This document shows positions 1-8,976 of a stretch of DNA of 57,474 bases, one piece after another. The translations under genes were made by a program, and so were the position numbers. Source of the stretch: an uncultured bacterium (GTDB taxonomy: Bacteria > DYJV01). Positions within the stretch are counted from its first letter, which is position 1, and each line of letters starts with the position of its first letter. Below the pieces are notes generated by a model, which was given only the letters and a program-made list of their open reading frames with translations, did not search any database and had not been told where the DNA came from. The stretch spans positions 1-57,474 of the forward strand of contig CAZIZE010000096.1 in NCBI GenBank assembly GCA_964543655.1, read 5' to 3'.

Positions 1-366
1 ATAATGGCAAACACTCTTGGATACAAACTTGCTGATTTTTCTAAAATAAAATTGCAAGATGTTGATATAAGTATTTCAAGTATGTGTGCTGTATTTGCAG
101 AAAGTGAGGTAACTTCATTATTGGCAAAAGGTGTTAATAGAGAGAGCATAGCTATTGCAGTGCATAAGTCTATTGTAAAGAGAATCATTCCTAAGCTTCA
201 AGTTCTTATTTCCAACAATGAAAAAGTTGTCTTTTGTGGAGGATGTGCTAAAAATAATCTTTTGAAAAAATTAATAGAAAAAGAGCTTAAAAGAGAAATT
301 TTTGTACCTGATAATCCTCAAATCATTGGAGCTTTTGGAGCTTCTATTATTTCAATGGATAATTAA
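1..366 (+). CDS. C-terminal part of a BadF/BadG/BcrA/BcrD-type ATPase (2-hydroxyacyl-CoA dehydratase activator family), truncated by the window edge
   Basis: Motifs ISSMCAVFAESEV, VFCGGCAKN and PQIIGAFGA are typical of HgdC-like activators; the frame is open to the window start. Confidence 0.85.
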   Translation: MMANTLGYKLADFSKIKLQDVDISISSMCAVFAESEVTSLLAKGVNRESIAIAVHKSIVKRIIPKLQVLISNNEKVVFCGGCAKNNLLKKLIEKELKREIFVPDNPQIIGAFGASIISMDN

Positions 367-413
367 TAAAAATAAATTGATAAAATATCTTTTTAATGTT
401 ATTAATTTTTTCT

Positions 414-1034
414 ATGGATTTAAATGTTTTTCCAAGAGAGATTAGAGAAGTTGTAGAAAATTTATCAAAATTACCTGGCATAGGTAAAAAGAGTGCTTTC
501 AGGCTAACGTTTTTTCTTTTAAATTCAAGTGGAACTTATGTAAATTCTTTATTAGATTCTATTTTAAAATTAAAAAGAGAGGTAAAATTTTGTAAAAATT
601 GTTTTAATTTTTCAACTGGCTCATTGTGTGAAATATGCCAAAATAAGAAGAGAGATCATTCATGTATTTGTGTGGTTGAATCTGTAACTGACCTTTATAA
701 TATTGAAAAAGCAGCAGTTTTTAACGGTGTTTACCATGTTTTACATGGTGCAATATCTCCAATTGATGGAGTGCTCCCAGATAATTTAAAAATAAAAGAG
801 TTAATAGAGAGATTAAAAAGAAACAATATTAAGGAGCTAATTATTGCAACTAATCCCACTTCAGAAGGGAATGCAACTGCCTTATACATTACCCAGCAAT
901 TAAAATACAATAACCTTTCCATTACCACCACAAGATTAGCTTCAGGAATCCCAGTGGGTAGTGAAATAGAGTATATTGATCAGATTACTCTATCTGAAGC
1001 AATTAAAAATAGGAAAAAAATTAAAAACGATTAA
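414..1034 (+). CDS. recR: Recombination mediator RecR
   Basis: LPGIGKKSA HhH, C4 zinc finger (CKNC...CEIC), Toprim YHVLHGAISP, ATNPTSEG, RLASGIPVG; start ATG 414 preferred over 396. Confidence 0.97.
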   Translation: MDLNVFPREIREVVENLSKLPGIGKKSAFRLTFFLLNSSGTYVNSLLDSILKLKREVKFCKNCFNFSTGSLCEICQNKKRDHSCICVVESVTDLYNIEKAAVFNGVYHVLHGAISPIDGVLPDNLKIKELIERLKRNNIKELIIATNPTSEGNATALYITQQLKYNNLSITTTRLASGIPVGSEIEYIDQITLSEAIKNRKKIKND

Positions 1035-1087
1035 CAATTTTAAGAAAAAAAGAACTTAATTTTTTCCTTGATTTTTATTTTAAAAGA

Positions 1088-1104
1088 TTGTATACAGTAT
1101 CCAA
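1088..1104. promoter_or_regulatory. 17-bp palindrome TTGTATAC-A-GTATCCAA, candidate GntR/FadR-type operator over the por promoter
   Basis: Inverted repeat with one mismatch, ~60 bp upstream of the porC start; it overlaps the expected -10 of a TTGATT (1068-1073) -35. Confidence 0.45.
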
Positions 1105-1165
1105 TTTTAGTTTTTCCCTGATTTTACTATATTTTTGTTTTTAATAAAAATAAGAGAGGTATTCA

Positions 1166-1714
1166 ATGATTGAAATAAGATTTCATGGAAGAGGTGGACA
1201 GGGAGCTGTTACTTCTGCAGAAGTTCTTGCTACAGCAGCTATTAATTCAGGAAAATTTGCACAGGCATTTCCAAGTTTTGGCCCAGAACGTAGAGGAGCC
1301 CCTGTTATTGCTTTTTCAAGAGTTTCAGATGAGAAGATATATTTACGTACAAAAATATATGAACCTGATATAGTAATAGTGCTTGATCCATCAATAATGA
1401 AAATTATAGATGTTACAGCTGGTATTAAAGAGGGTGGCATTGTTGTTGCCAATTCTACCAAATCACCTGATGAGTTGAAAAATGAGTTTAAAAAGAATGT
1501 TAAGGTAGCTACAATTAATGCTACTAAAATTGCTCTTGATATTCTTGGAAGACCTATTACCAATATTATAATGTTAGGTGCTTTTTTAAAAATGAAGCCT
1601 CTTGTAAAAATAGATGACCTTGTTGAGCCTCTTACAGAAAGATTTGGAAAAATTGCCCAAAAAAATATTGAAGCATGTAAGGTTGCTTATGAGGAAGTTA
1701 AAAATACAAATTAA
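1166..1714 (+). CDS. porC: Pyruvate/2-oxoacid:ferredoxin oxidoreductase gamma subunit
   Basis: [29 protein letters not shown] upstream. Confidence 0.95.
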
Positions 1715-1731
1715 TATAAAAGGAGTTCAAA

Positions 1732-2034
1732 TTGAAGTGGCCTGTAAAAAATATTCAAGAAATTAAATGGCAAGACCTTGAAATAGGTATGGCTATTACA
1801 GAACCTGGTAGTTCAAGATTTTATAAAACTGGTGACTGGAGGTCATTAAGACCAGTGGTTGACAAAAAGAGATGTATTAAATGTGGTCTTTGTTATATTT
1901 TTTGCCCTGATGCTGCAATTTATGAAGATGACGAGGGATATTTTGTTGCAAATTTAGAGTATTGCAAAGGTTGTGGAATCTGCGCAAAAGAATGTTATGT
2001 GCAGTGTATATCAATGGTTGAGGAGGTGGTGTAA
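1732..2034 (+). CDS. porD: Pyruvate/2-oxoacid:ferredoxin oxidoreductase delta subunit (2x[4Fe-4S])
   Basis: KTGDWRSLRP, CIKCGLCYIFCP, CKGCGICAKEC; TTG start with SD AAGGAG. Confidence 0.95.
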   Translation: MKWPVKNIQEIKWQDLEIGMAITEPGSSRFYKTGDWRSLRPVVDKKRCIKCGLCYIFCPDAAIYEDDEGYFVANLEYCKGCGICAKECYVQCISMVEEVV

Positions 2035-3212
2035 TGTCAAAAAGAGTTGGAATAGAAGTTTCCCTATCAGTTAGTGAAGCAGTTAAATTGGCAAATGTTG
2101 ATTGTATTGCAGCATATCCAATAACACCACAAACTCATATTGTTGAGCATCTATCTGAAATAGTAGCAAATGGTGAAGTTGATGCTGAATTTATTCCTGT
2201 TGAGTCTGAGCATTCAGCAATGAGTGTTTGTTGTGGTTGTTCAGCAGCAGGGGCAAGGACATATACAGCTACAAGTTCACAGGGACTTGCATTGATGAAT
2301 GAAATAGTTTTTATTGTTCCTTCACTTAGATTACCAATAGTAATGACTGTTGCAGATAGATCTTTATCTGGCCCTATTAGTATATGGAATGACCATACTG
2401 ATGCAATGAGTGTTAGAGATTGTGGATGGATACAATTTTTTGTTGAAAATGGCCAGGAAGCATTTGATGCACATTTAACAGCTTTTAAAATAGCAGAAGA
2501 TAAAAGAGTTTTACTTCCAGTAATGGTTCATATGGATGGCTTTATTCTTACCCATATGATAGAGCCAATAGAGTTTTTAGAACAAGATGAAGTTGATAAA
2601 TTTCTTTCCAAAAATTATACACCAGCTATTCAGCTCAACCCGGAGAAACCTGTTACAATGGGTGCTGTGGGGATTCCAGAAATTTACACAGAAGCTAAAA
2701 AAGCACACGATGTAGTTTTACATGAATCAAAAAAAGTTATTATAGAAGTTTGGAATGAATTTGCAGAGCTTTTTGGCAGAAGATTTAAACCTGTGGAAAC
2801 TTATAAAATGGAAGATGCTGAAATAGCTCTTTTAACAATGGGTAGTTATGGTGAAACCGCTCAAATAGCAATTGATGAGCTTAGAAAAGAGGGTGAAAAA
2901 GCAGGATTGATTAAGCTCAGGTTGTGGAGACCTTTTCCATTGGAAGAATTTTTAGATACTGTTTCAAATGTTAAAGGGGTAGGTGTTGTTGATAGAGCAA
3001 TTACCTATGGGACCACAGGTGGACCATTAGCAATTGAAATAAAAAATGCACTTTATGATGTTGAGCCCAGAAAAGTAGTTACAGATTTTATTGCTGGTCT
3101 TGCTGGTAGAGATGTAACAATTAATGATTTTAAATATATGTATCAAAAGACCAAAGAAGCAGTTAAAAGTGGCAAAGCATTACCATATCAATTTATAGGA
3201 GTTAGAGGATAA
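2034..3212 (+). CDS. porA: Pyruvate/2-oxoacid:ferredoxin oxidoreductase alpha subunit
   Basis: AAYPITPQT, ESEHSAMS, TATSSQGL; TAATG coupling to porD. Confidence 0.95.
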   Translation: MSKRVGIEVSLSVSEAVKLANVDCIAAYPITPQTHIVEHLSEIVANGEVDAEFIPVESEHSAMSVCCGCSAAGARTYTATSSQGLALMNEIVFIVPSLRLPIVMTVADRSLSGPISIWNDHTDAMSVRDCGWIQFFVENGQEAFDAHLTAFKIAEDKRVLLPVMVHMDGFILTHMIEPIEFLEQDEVDKFLSKNYTPAIQLNPEKPVTMGAVGIPEIYTEAKKAHDVVLHESKKVIIEVWNEFAELFGRRFKPVETYKMEDAEIALLTMGSYGETAQIAIDELRKEGEKAGLIKLRLWRPFPLEEFLDTVSNVKGVGVVDRAITYGTTGGPLAIEIKNALYDVEPRKVVTDFIAGLAGRDVTINDFKYMYQKTKEAVKSGKALPYQFIGVRG

Positions 3213-4138
3213 TGGAAAAATATAATATATATGCGGCAAAATTATTACCTAAAAGAGAAATTTTATCACCTGGACATAGAGCATGTCAGGGGTGTGGCGA
3301 GCTTCTTGCTGTTAGACAGGTGCTTAAAGCAATAGGCCCAGATGTAATTATTGCAAATGCAACAGGTTGCCTTGAAATAGTAACATCATCTTTTCCTGAT
3401 ACTGCATGGACTGTTCCTTGGATTCATGTTGCGTTTGAAAATGCTGCTGCTGTTGCATCAGGAATAGAGTCAGCTTTAAAAGTTTTAAAAAGAAAGGGTA
3501 GATACCCTTCTGATAGAGATATTAAAATAGTTGCATTTGCTGGAGATGGTGGCACAGCAGATATTGGTATGCAGGCATTGAGCGGTGCTCTTGAAAGATT
3601 TCATAATTTTATGTATGTTTGTTATGACAATGAAGCCTATATGAATACTGGTATCCAACGATCAAGTTCCACACCTTTTTGTGCTACTACCACTACTTCA
3701 CCAGCAGGTAAGAAAAGTTTTGGTCAGAAAACTAATAAAAAGAATTTACCAGAAATTGCTGTTGCACATGGTATCCCCTACGTTGCAACTGCATGCCCAT
3801 CATATCCATTTGATTTAATGGAGAAAGCTACAAAAGGGGTTAATACAGAGGGACCAGCATATTTACATATTTTTTCACCATGTCCAACAGGCTGGAGAAG
3901 TTTACCAGATGATAGTATTGAAATAGGTAGGTTAGCAATAGAAACAGGTGTTTTCCCACTTTATGAAGTTGTAAATGGGAAATATAAGATGACATATAAA
4001 CCTTTGAAACTAAAGCATGTTTCTGAATATTTGAAAAAACAGGGAAGATTTAAGCATTTAACCGGTGAGCTCATTGAAGAAATAGAGAAAAGAGTTAAAG
4101 AAAATTATAATAAATTGGTTAAAAAGTGTGAGATATAG
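3212..4138 (+). CDS. porB: Pyruvate/2-oxoacid:ferredoxin oxidoreductase beta subunit (TPP-binding)
   Basis: GHRACQGCG, GDGGTADIG...YDNEAYMNTG TPP motif, SPCPTGW. Confidence 0.95.
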   Translation: MEKYNIYAAKLLPKREILSPGHRACQGCGELLAVRQVLKAIGPDVIIANATGCLEIVTSSFPDTAWTVPWIHVAFENAAAVASGIESALKVLKRKGRYPSDRDIKIVAFAGDGGTADIGMQALSGALERFHNFMYVCYDNEAYMNTGIQRSSSTPFCATTTTSPAGKKSFGQKTNKKNLPEIAVAHGIPYVATACPSYPFDLMEKATKGVNTEGPAYLHIFSPCPTGWRSLPDDSIEIGRLAIETGVFPLYEVVNGKYKMTYKPLKLKHVSEYLKKQGRFKHLTGELIEEIEKRVKENYNKLVKKCEI

Positions 4139-4151
4139 AAAGGAGTAATTA

Positions 4152-4598
4152 ATGGATTATGTTAAAGATATTGTTAAAAAATATAATAATGATAGAGCAT
4201 TCATAATATCAATTTTGCAAGATTTGCAGGAAAAGACTGGATATTTGAAAAGAGAAGACATGTTTAAGCTTTCAAAAATTTTAAATATGCCTGTAGCAGA
4301 TATTTATAGAATAGCTACTTTTTTTAAGGCTTTTAGTCTTACACCAAGAGGAAAGAATATAATACAAATATGCCTTGGAACTGCTTGTCATGTTCGAGGT
4401 GGAGATAAAGTATTACTTGAATTTGAAAACAAGTTAAATATCCAGGCAGGAGAAACCACAACTGATGGGAATTTTACTCTGGAAACTGTTAACTGTCTTG
4501 GTGCCTGTGCACTTGGCCCAGTGGTTGTTGTTAATCAAAAATATTATGGGAATATGAATACATCTAAAGTAAAAGATATCTTGAATGAATATAAATAA
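4152..4598 (+). CDS. NuoE/HydC-like thioredoxin-fold [2Fe-2S] subunit
   Basis: CLGTACHVRG...VNCLGACALGP. Confidence 0.92.
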   Translation: MDYVKDIVKKYNNDRAFIISILQDLQEKTGYLKREDMFKLSKILNMPVADIYRIATFFKAFSLTPRGKNIIQICLGTACHVRGGDKVLLEFENKLNIQAGETTTDGNFTLETVNCLGACALGPVVVVNQKYYGNMNTSKVKDILNEYK

Positions 4599-4616
4599 AT
4601 TGAAGAGAGGAATAAA

Positions 4617-6467
4617 ATGAAATTAACTTCAGTTCAAGAGTTTGATAATTATGCAAAAAAAATAAAAGAGGAAAAAGATTTCTCAAAAACCTGCATAACC
4701 ATTTGTGCAGGTACTGGTTGCCAGGCTCATGGCAGTTTAGATATAGTTAATGCACTTAGTGAAAAAATTAAAGAACGAGGCCTTGAAGATAAAGTTTTTA
4801 TAAAAAGCACAGGTTGTCACGGTTTTTGTGAAAGAGGCCCTCTTATGGTTATTAAACCAAAGGGGATATTTTATGAGCACGTAAAAGTGGATATGCTTGA
4901 CACTATTATTGAAGAGACAATTATCAACAATAAAATAATTGAAGATTTTTTGTACAGAGATCCTGTTAATAAAGAAAGGATAGCTCTTGAAGAAGAGATT
5001 CCATTTTACAAAAAGCAACATAGAATTTTAATGAAAAATAATGGTCTAATTAATCCTGAGGATATTAATGACTATATTGCATTAGATGGATATAGAGGAT
5101 TTATTAAGGCTATTACTCAAATGAGCCCTGAAAAAGTAATAGAAGAGATTAAATTATCTGGACTAAGAGGCAGAGGTGGAGGAGGATTTCCTACAGGTGT
5201 TAAATGGGAATCAAGTAAAATAGTTGAAAGTGAGAAAAAATATATTATTTGTAATGCTGATGAAGGTGACCCAGGAGCATATATGGATAGGAGCTTACTG
5301 GAAGGGAATCCTCATCTCATTATTGAAGGGATGTTAATAGGTGCTTTTGCTGTTGGTGCTGATGAAGGTTATGTTTATGTACGTCATGAATACCCATTAG
5401 CTGTGAGAAATCTGGAAAATGCTATTAAACAGGCAGAAGAACTTGGATTGCTTGGAGAAAATATCCTTGGAACAGGATTTAATTTTAAACTGCACATTAG
5501 TAGAGGTGGAGGAGCTTTTGTTTGTGGTGAGTCTTCTGCTCTAATAGCCTCTATTGAGGGGAAAGTTGGTGAGCCACGTGCAAAACATATTCATATGTCA
5601 GAAAAAGGGCTCTGGGGTAAGCCTACAGTTCTTAATAATGTTGAAACATGGGGTAATGTTCCATTTATTATAAACAATGGTGCTGATTGGTATTCTAAAA
5701 TAGGTACAGAAAATAGTAAGGGCACAAAAATCTTTTCTCTTGTTGGAAAAGTGAACAACACAGGACTTGTGGAAGTGCCTATGGGAATAACATTAAGAGA
5801 AATTATTTTTGATATAGGTGGTGGTATTTTAAATAATAGAAAGTTTAAAGCTGTTCAGACAGGTGGCCCTTCAGGAGGTTGTATTCCAGAATCTTTGCTT
5901 GATATTCCAGTTGATTTTGATGAGCTTGTTAAAGTTGGCTCAATGATGGGTTCAGGTGGAATGATAGTAATGGATGAACGAACCTGTATGGTGGATGTTG
6001 CAAAGTATTTTCTTAATTTTCTCAAAGAAGAATCTTGTGGCAAATGTACTACCTGTAGAGAAGGTATAAAAAGAATGTATGAAATTCTTGATAAAATTAC
6101 ATCAGGTAAAGGCACAGAAGATGACTTAACTCTTTTAGAAGAGATAGCAGAGGTTACCAAAGAAGGCTCATTATGTGGCCTTGGTAAAACTGCTCCTAAT
6201 CCTGTTTTAAGCACCTTAAAATATTTTAAAGATGAATATTTAATGCATATAAACGAAAAAAAATGCCCTGCTGGAGTTTGTAAGAATCTCACCACCTTCA
6301 CCATTGATCAGAATAAATGTGTAGGATGTGGTGCATGTAAGAGAAATTGTCCAGTTGAAGCAATTAGCGGTGAAAAGAAAAAACCTCATGAAATTAATCC
6401 TGATAAATGTATTAAATGTGGCATCTGTTACGATTCATGTAAATTTGATGCAGTTAAAATTAATTAA
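4617..6467 (+). CDS. NuoF/HydB-like FMN/NADH-binding subunit with N-terminal [2Fe-2S] and C-terminal 2x[4Fe-4S] domains
   Basis: CAGTGC...GCHGFCERGP; GLRGRGGGGFPTG; NADEGDPGAYMDR; ESCGKCTTCREG; HINEKKCPAGVC; two CxxCxxCxxxC motifs. Confidence 0.93.
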   Translation: MKLTSVQEFDNYAKKIKEEKDFSKTCITICAGTGCQAHGSLDIVNALSEKIKERGLEDKVFIKSTGCHGFCERGPLMVIKPKGIFYEHVKVDMLDTIIEETIINNKIIEDFLYRDPVNKERIALEEEIPFYKKQHRILMKNNGLINPEDINDYIALDGYRGFIKAITQMSPEKVIEEIKLSGLRGRGGGGFPTGVKWESSKIVESEKKYIICNADEGDPGAYMDRSLLEGNPHLIIEGMLIGAFAVGADEGYVYVRHEYPLAVRNLENAIKQAEELGLLGENILGTGFNFKLHISRGGGAFVCGESSALIASIEGKVGEPRAKHIHMSEKGLWGKPTVLNNVETWGNVPFIINNGADWYSKIGTENSKGTKIFSLVGKVNNTGLVEVPMGITLREIIFDIGGGILNNRKFKAVQTGGPSGGCIPESLLDIPVDFDELVKVGSMMGSGGMIVMDERTCMVDVAKYFLNFLKEESCGKCTTCREGIKRMYEILDKITSGKGTEDDLTLLEEIAEVTKEGSLCGLGKTAPNPVLSTLKYFKDEYLMHINEKKCPAGVCKNLTTFTIDQNKCVGCGACKRNCPVEAISGEKKKPHEINPDKCIKCGICYDSCKFDAVKIN

Positions 6468-6479
6468 AAGGAGAAAGTA

Positions 6480-7178
6480 ATGAAAATAAAGGTAACAATA
6501 GATAATAAAAGCATTGAAGTAGAAAGAGAGACTACAATTTTGAATGCAGCAAATATGCTTGGTATTAAAATTCCAACTTTATGCAATCATGAAGCCCTAT
6601 CTCCTTATGCATCGTGCAGATTATGTCTTGTTGAAGTTAAAAAAGGCAATAGAGTAGAAATTACAACATCTTGTAATTATCCAATAACAAGAGAGATAGA
6701 AGTTGTTACCAATAGTGAGAAAGTTTTAAAGTATAGAAGGATGGTTATTCAACTTTTACTTGGTAGATGCCCAGATAATCCAGCTTTATTAAAATTATCT
6801 AAAGAATTTGGTATTGAAAAACCTATTTTTGAAGTAGATGAATATGATGATTGTATTTTATGTGGTAGGTGCGAGCGAGCGTGTAGAGAGGTTGTTGGAG
6901 TTAATGCTATTACTTTTTCAGGTCGTGGAGTTAAGAGGAAAGTGGAAGCTCCTTTTGGTGATTATAATGACCTATGTATAGCATGTGGTGCTTGTGCCTA
7001 TGTGTGCCCTACTGGAGCTGTTCAGGTTCAGTTTGATGGTGAAAATAAAATTATTGATAAATGGGAGAAAATTACTCCTCTTGTAGAAGTTGAAAACTGT
7101 GGACAGGGAATTATGACAGAAGCACAGATTAATTATTTCAAAGAAAAATTCAATTTCTCTCCAATTATAAAAAAATAA
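6480..7178 (+). CDS. Short NuoG/HydA N-terminal-like FeS subunit ([2Fe-2S] + 2x[4Fe-4S]) with no catalytic domain
   Basis: IPTLC...ASCRLCLVE...TSC; CILCGRCERAC; CIACGACAYVCP; ends at 232 aa just before a terminator. Confidence 0.88.
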   Translation: MKIKVTIDNKSIEVERETTILNAANMLGIKIPTLCNHEALSPYASCRLCLVEVKKGNRVEITTSCNYPITREIEVVTNSEKVLKYRRMVIQLLLGRCPDNPALLKLSKEFGIEKPIFEVDEYDDCILCGRCERACREVVGVNAITFSGRGVKRKVEAPFGDYNDLCIACGACAYVCPTGAVQVQFDGENKIIDKWEKITPLVEVENCGQGIMTEAQINYFKEKFNFSPIIKK

Positions 7179-7204
7179 AAGTGAGCTTGCTCACTTTTAT
7201 TTTT
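7171..7204 (+). terminator. Intrinsic terminator closing the por-nuoEFG-like operon
   Basis: Perfect 16-bp inverted repeat AAAAATAAAAGTGAGC-TT-GCTCACTTTTATTTTT followed by T-rich sequence. Confidence 0.85.
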
Positions 7205-7221
7205 CTCTTTTTCCTCAAATT

Positions 7222-7235
7222 TTGACTTAAATCAA
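7222..7235. promoter_or_regulatory. Crp/Fnr-family box TTGAC-TTAA-ATCAA
   Basis: 9/10 match to TTGAT-N4-ATCAA; an extended -10-like TGtTATATA/TATAAT lies at 7255-7267. Confidence 0.5.
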
Positions 7236-7311
7236 TTTTAATTTTTTTTATTTATGTTATATATAATTAGTTGTTAGCTGTTCGTTATTAAAATTAAGAA
7301 AGGAGAATGTT

Positions 7312-8055
7312 ATGAAATGTCCTGGTCAGGATATGAGATACTGGAAATTTGATTCAATATATGAGATAAAATGCCCATATTGTGGTAATCCTGTTGAGTT
7401 TTTCAAAGATGAGCCCACAAGGAAATGCAAGAATTGTGGTAAAAGAGTGGCAAATCCTAAAATGGATTTTGGCTGTGCTGCATATTGTCAGTATGCAGAG
7501 CAGTGTCTTGGAGAGTTACCTGCTGAATTATTGAAAAATAGAGATGATTTACTGAAAAATAGAGTAGCAATAGAAATGAAGAAATATTTTGAAAAAGATT
7601 TTAAAAGAATCTCTCATGCCACCAAAGTAGCAAGATATGCTGAGCAAATTGGGAGAGAAGAGGGTGCCCATCTTGGAGTATTACTATGTGCTGCATATCT
7701 ACACGATATTGGTATTAAAAATGCCGAAAAAAAATATAATAGTAATGCTCCAAAATATCAAGAGATTGAGGGACCAGAAGTTGCAAGACAGATATTAGAA
7801 AAGCTTGATGCCAAAAAAGAGCTTATAGATGAAGTTTGTGATATTGTTGGTCACCATCATCATCCAAGAAAAGAGGAAACTATAAATTTTAAATGCCTAT
7901 ACGATGCAGATATGATTGTAAATTTAAATGATGACTTAAATGAAGGTAAAATTTCCAGAGAAATAGTTGAAAAAAGAATAGAAAATAATTTTTTAACTGA
8001 AACGGGAAAAAATCTTGCCAAAAAAGTTTTACTAAAATCAAAGGGAGGTAAATAA
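7312..8055 (+). CDS. HD-domain phosphohydrolase with Cys-rich N-terminal (Zn-ribbon-like) domain
   Basis: CPYCG/CKNCG and GCAAYCQYAEQC, then H...LHDIG...HHHH...DAD HD signature. Confidence 0.85.
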   Translation: MKCPGQDMRYWKFDSIYEIKCPYCGNPVEFFKDEPTRKCKNCGKRVANPKMDFGCAAYCQYAEQCLGELPAELLKNRDDLLKNRVAIEMKKYFEKDFKRISHATKVARYAEQIGREEGAHLGVLLCAAYLHDIGIKNAEKKYNSNAPKYQEIEGPEVARQILEKLDAKKELIDEVCDIVGHHHHPRKEETINFKCLYDADMIVNLNDDLNEGKISREIVEKRIENNFLTETGKNLAKKVLLKSKGGK

Positions 8056-8056
8056 A

Positions 8057-8731
8057 ATGAAAGTTTTAAGGCAGATAATAGAAATAGATGAAGAGAAATG
8101 TACAGGTTGTGGTTTATGTGTGCCTGCATGTGAGGAGGGTGCTATTCAGATAATTAATGGTAAAGCTAAGGTAGTTGCAGAAAAGTATTGTGATGGGTTG
8201 GGAGCATGTCTTGGACATTGCCCTGAGGGAGCAATTAAGGTTGTTGAAAGAGAAGCTGAAGAGTTTGACCCAGAAGCTGTTGAGGAATATTTAAAAAGCA
8301 GAGAAAACGTTTCATGTTTAAGTTGCGAGGAGGCAAATAAACCAAAAACTCAGAGATTAGAGAAATCAATGCTTGGTCACTGGCCAGTTCAGATAAAACT
8401 TGTTCCACCTCATGCTGCTTTTTTAGAAAATTGTAATCTTCTTGTACTTGCTGATTGTGCAGCTGTTGCATATCCAAATTTGCATGAAGATTTTTTACAA
8501 AATAGGGTAGTTATGATGGGATGTCCCAAATTTGATAATAAAGAAGAGTATGTTGAAAGATTTACAGAAATATTTTCAACTCATGAAATTAACTCAATTA
8601 CAGTATTAATGATGGAAGTTCCATGCTGTTCTGGATTAAGGGGAATTATTGAAAATGCTCTTCTTGAGGCAGGAAAAGAAGTTGAAATTGATTATAAAAT
8701 TCTTTCAATTAATGGTAATTTAAAAAATTAA
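8057..8731 (+). CDS. 4Fe-4S dicluster protein with extra Cys-containing C-terminal domain (FrdX-like)
   Basis: CTGCGLCVPACEEG, CDGLGACLGHCP, WPVQIKL, ADC, GCPKFD, MEVPCC. Confidence 0.85.
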   Translation: MKVLRQIIEIDEEKCTGCGLCVPACEEGAIQIINGKAKVVAEKYCDGLGACLGHCPEGAIKVVEREAEEFDPEAVEEYLKSRENVSCLSCEEANKPKTQRLEKSMLGHWPVQIKLVPPHAAFLENCNLLVLADCAAVAYPNLHEDFLQNRVVMMGCPKFDNKEEYVERFTEIFSTHEINSITVLMMEVPCCSGLRGIIENALLEAGKEVEIDYKILSINGNLKN

Positions 8732-8758
8732 AGACGCACAATTTGCGTCTTTAATTTT
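8724..8758. terminator. Intrinsic, likely bidirectional, terminator hairpin
   Basis: 15-bp stem AAAATTAAAGACGCA-caatt-TGCGTCTTTAATTTT between convergent genes. Confidence 0.8.
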
Positions 8759-8976
8759 CTATTTAATATACATGTAAGCAGAAAACTAACAATCACTCTA
8801 TATGAGTATTATTTTTATTACATTCTGGATTGTTGCAGTTTTCTTAAGGCAAACTGCAAATTTTCAAGGTAAAATGCCCCAGATTTTTTATGAATTTTAC
8901 CCCATTCTATTTTAACAAAAATTACTACTAACAACCAAATGTTCTGAAGGAAATTTAAAAATTCTTACTTTTTGAG

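Noticed and set aside
4152-7178. Respiratory complex I or [FeFe]-hydrogenase operon
   Set aside because: There are no membrane Nuo subunits and no H-cluster motifs, and the operon terminates after the short G-like gene.
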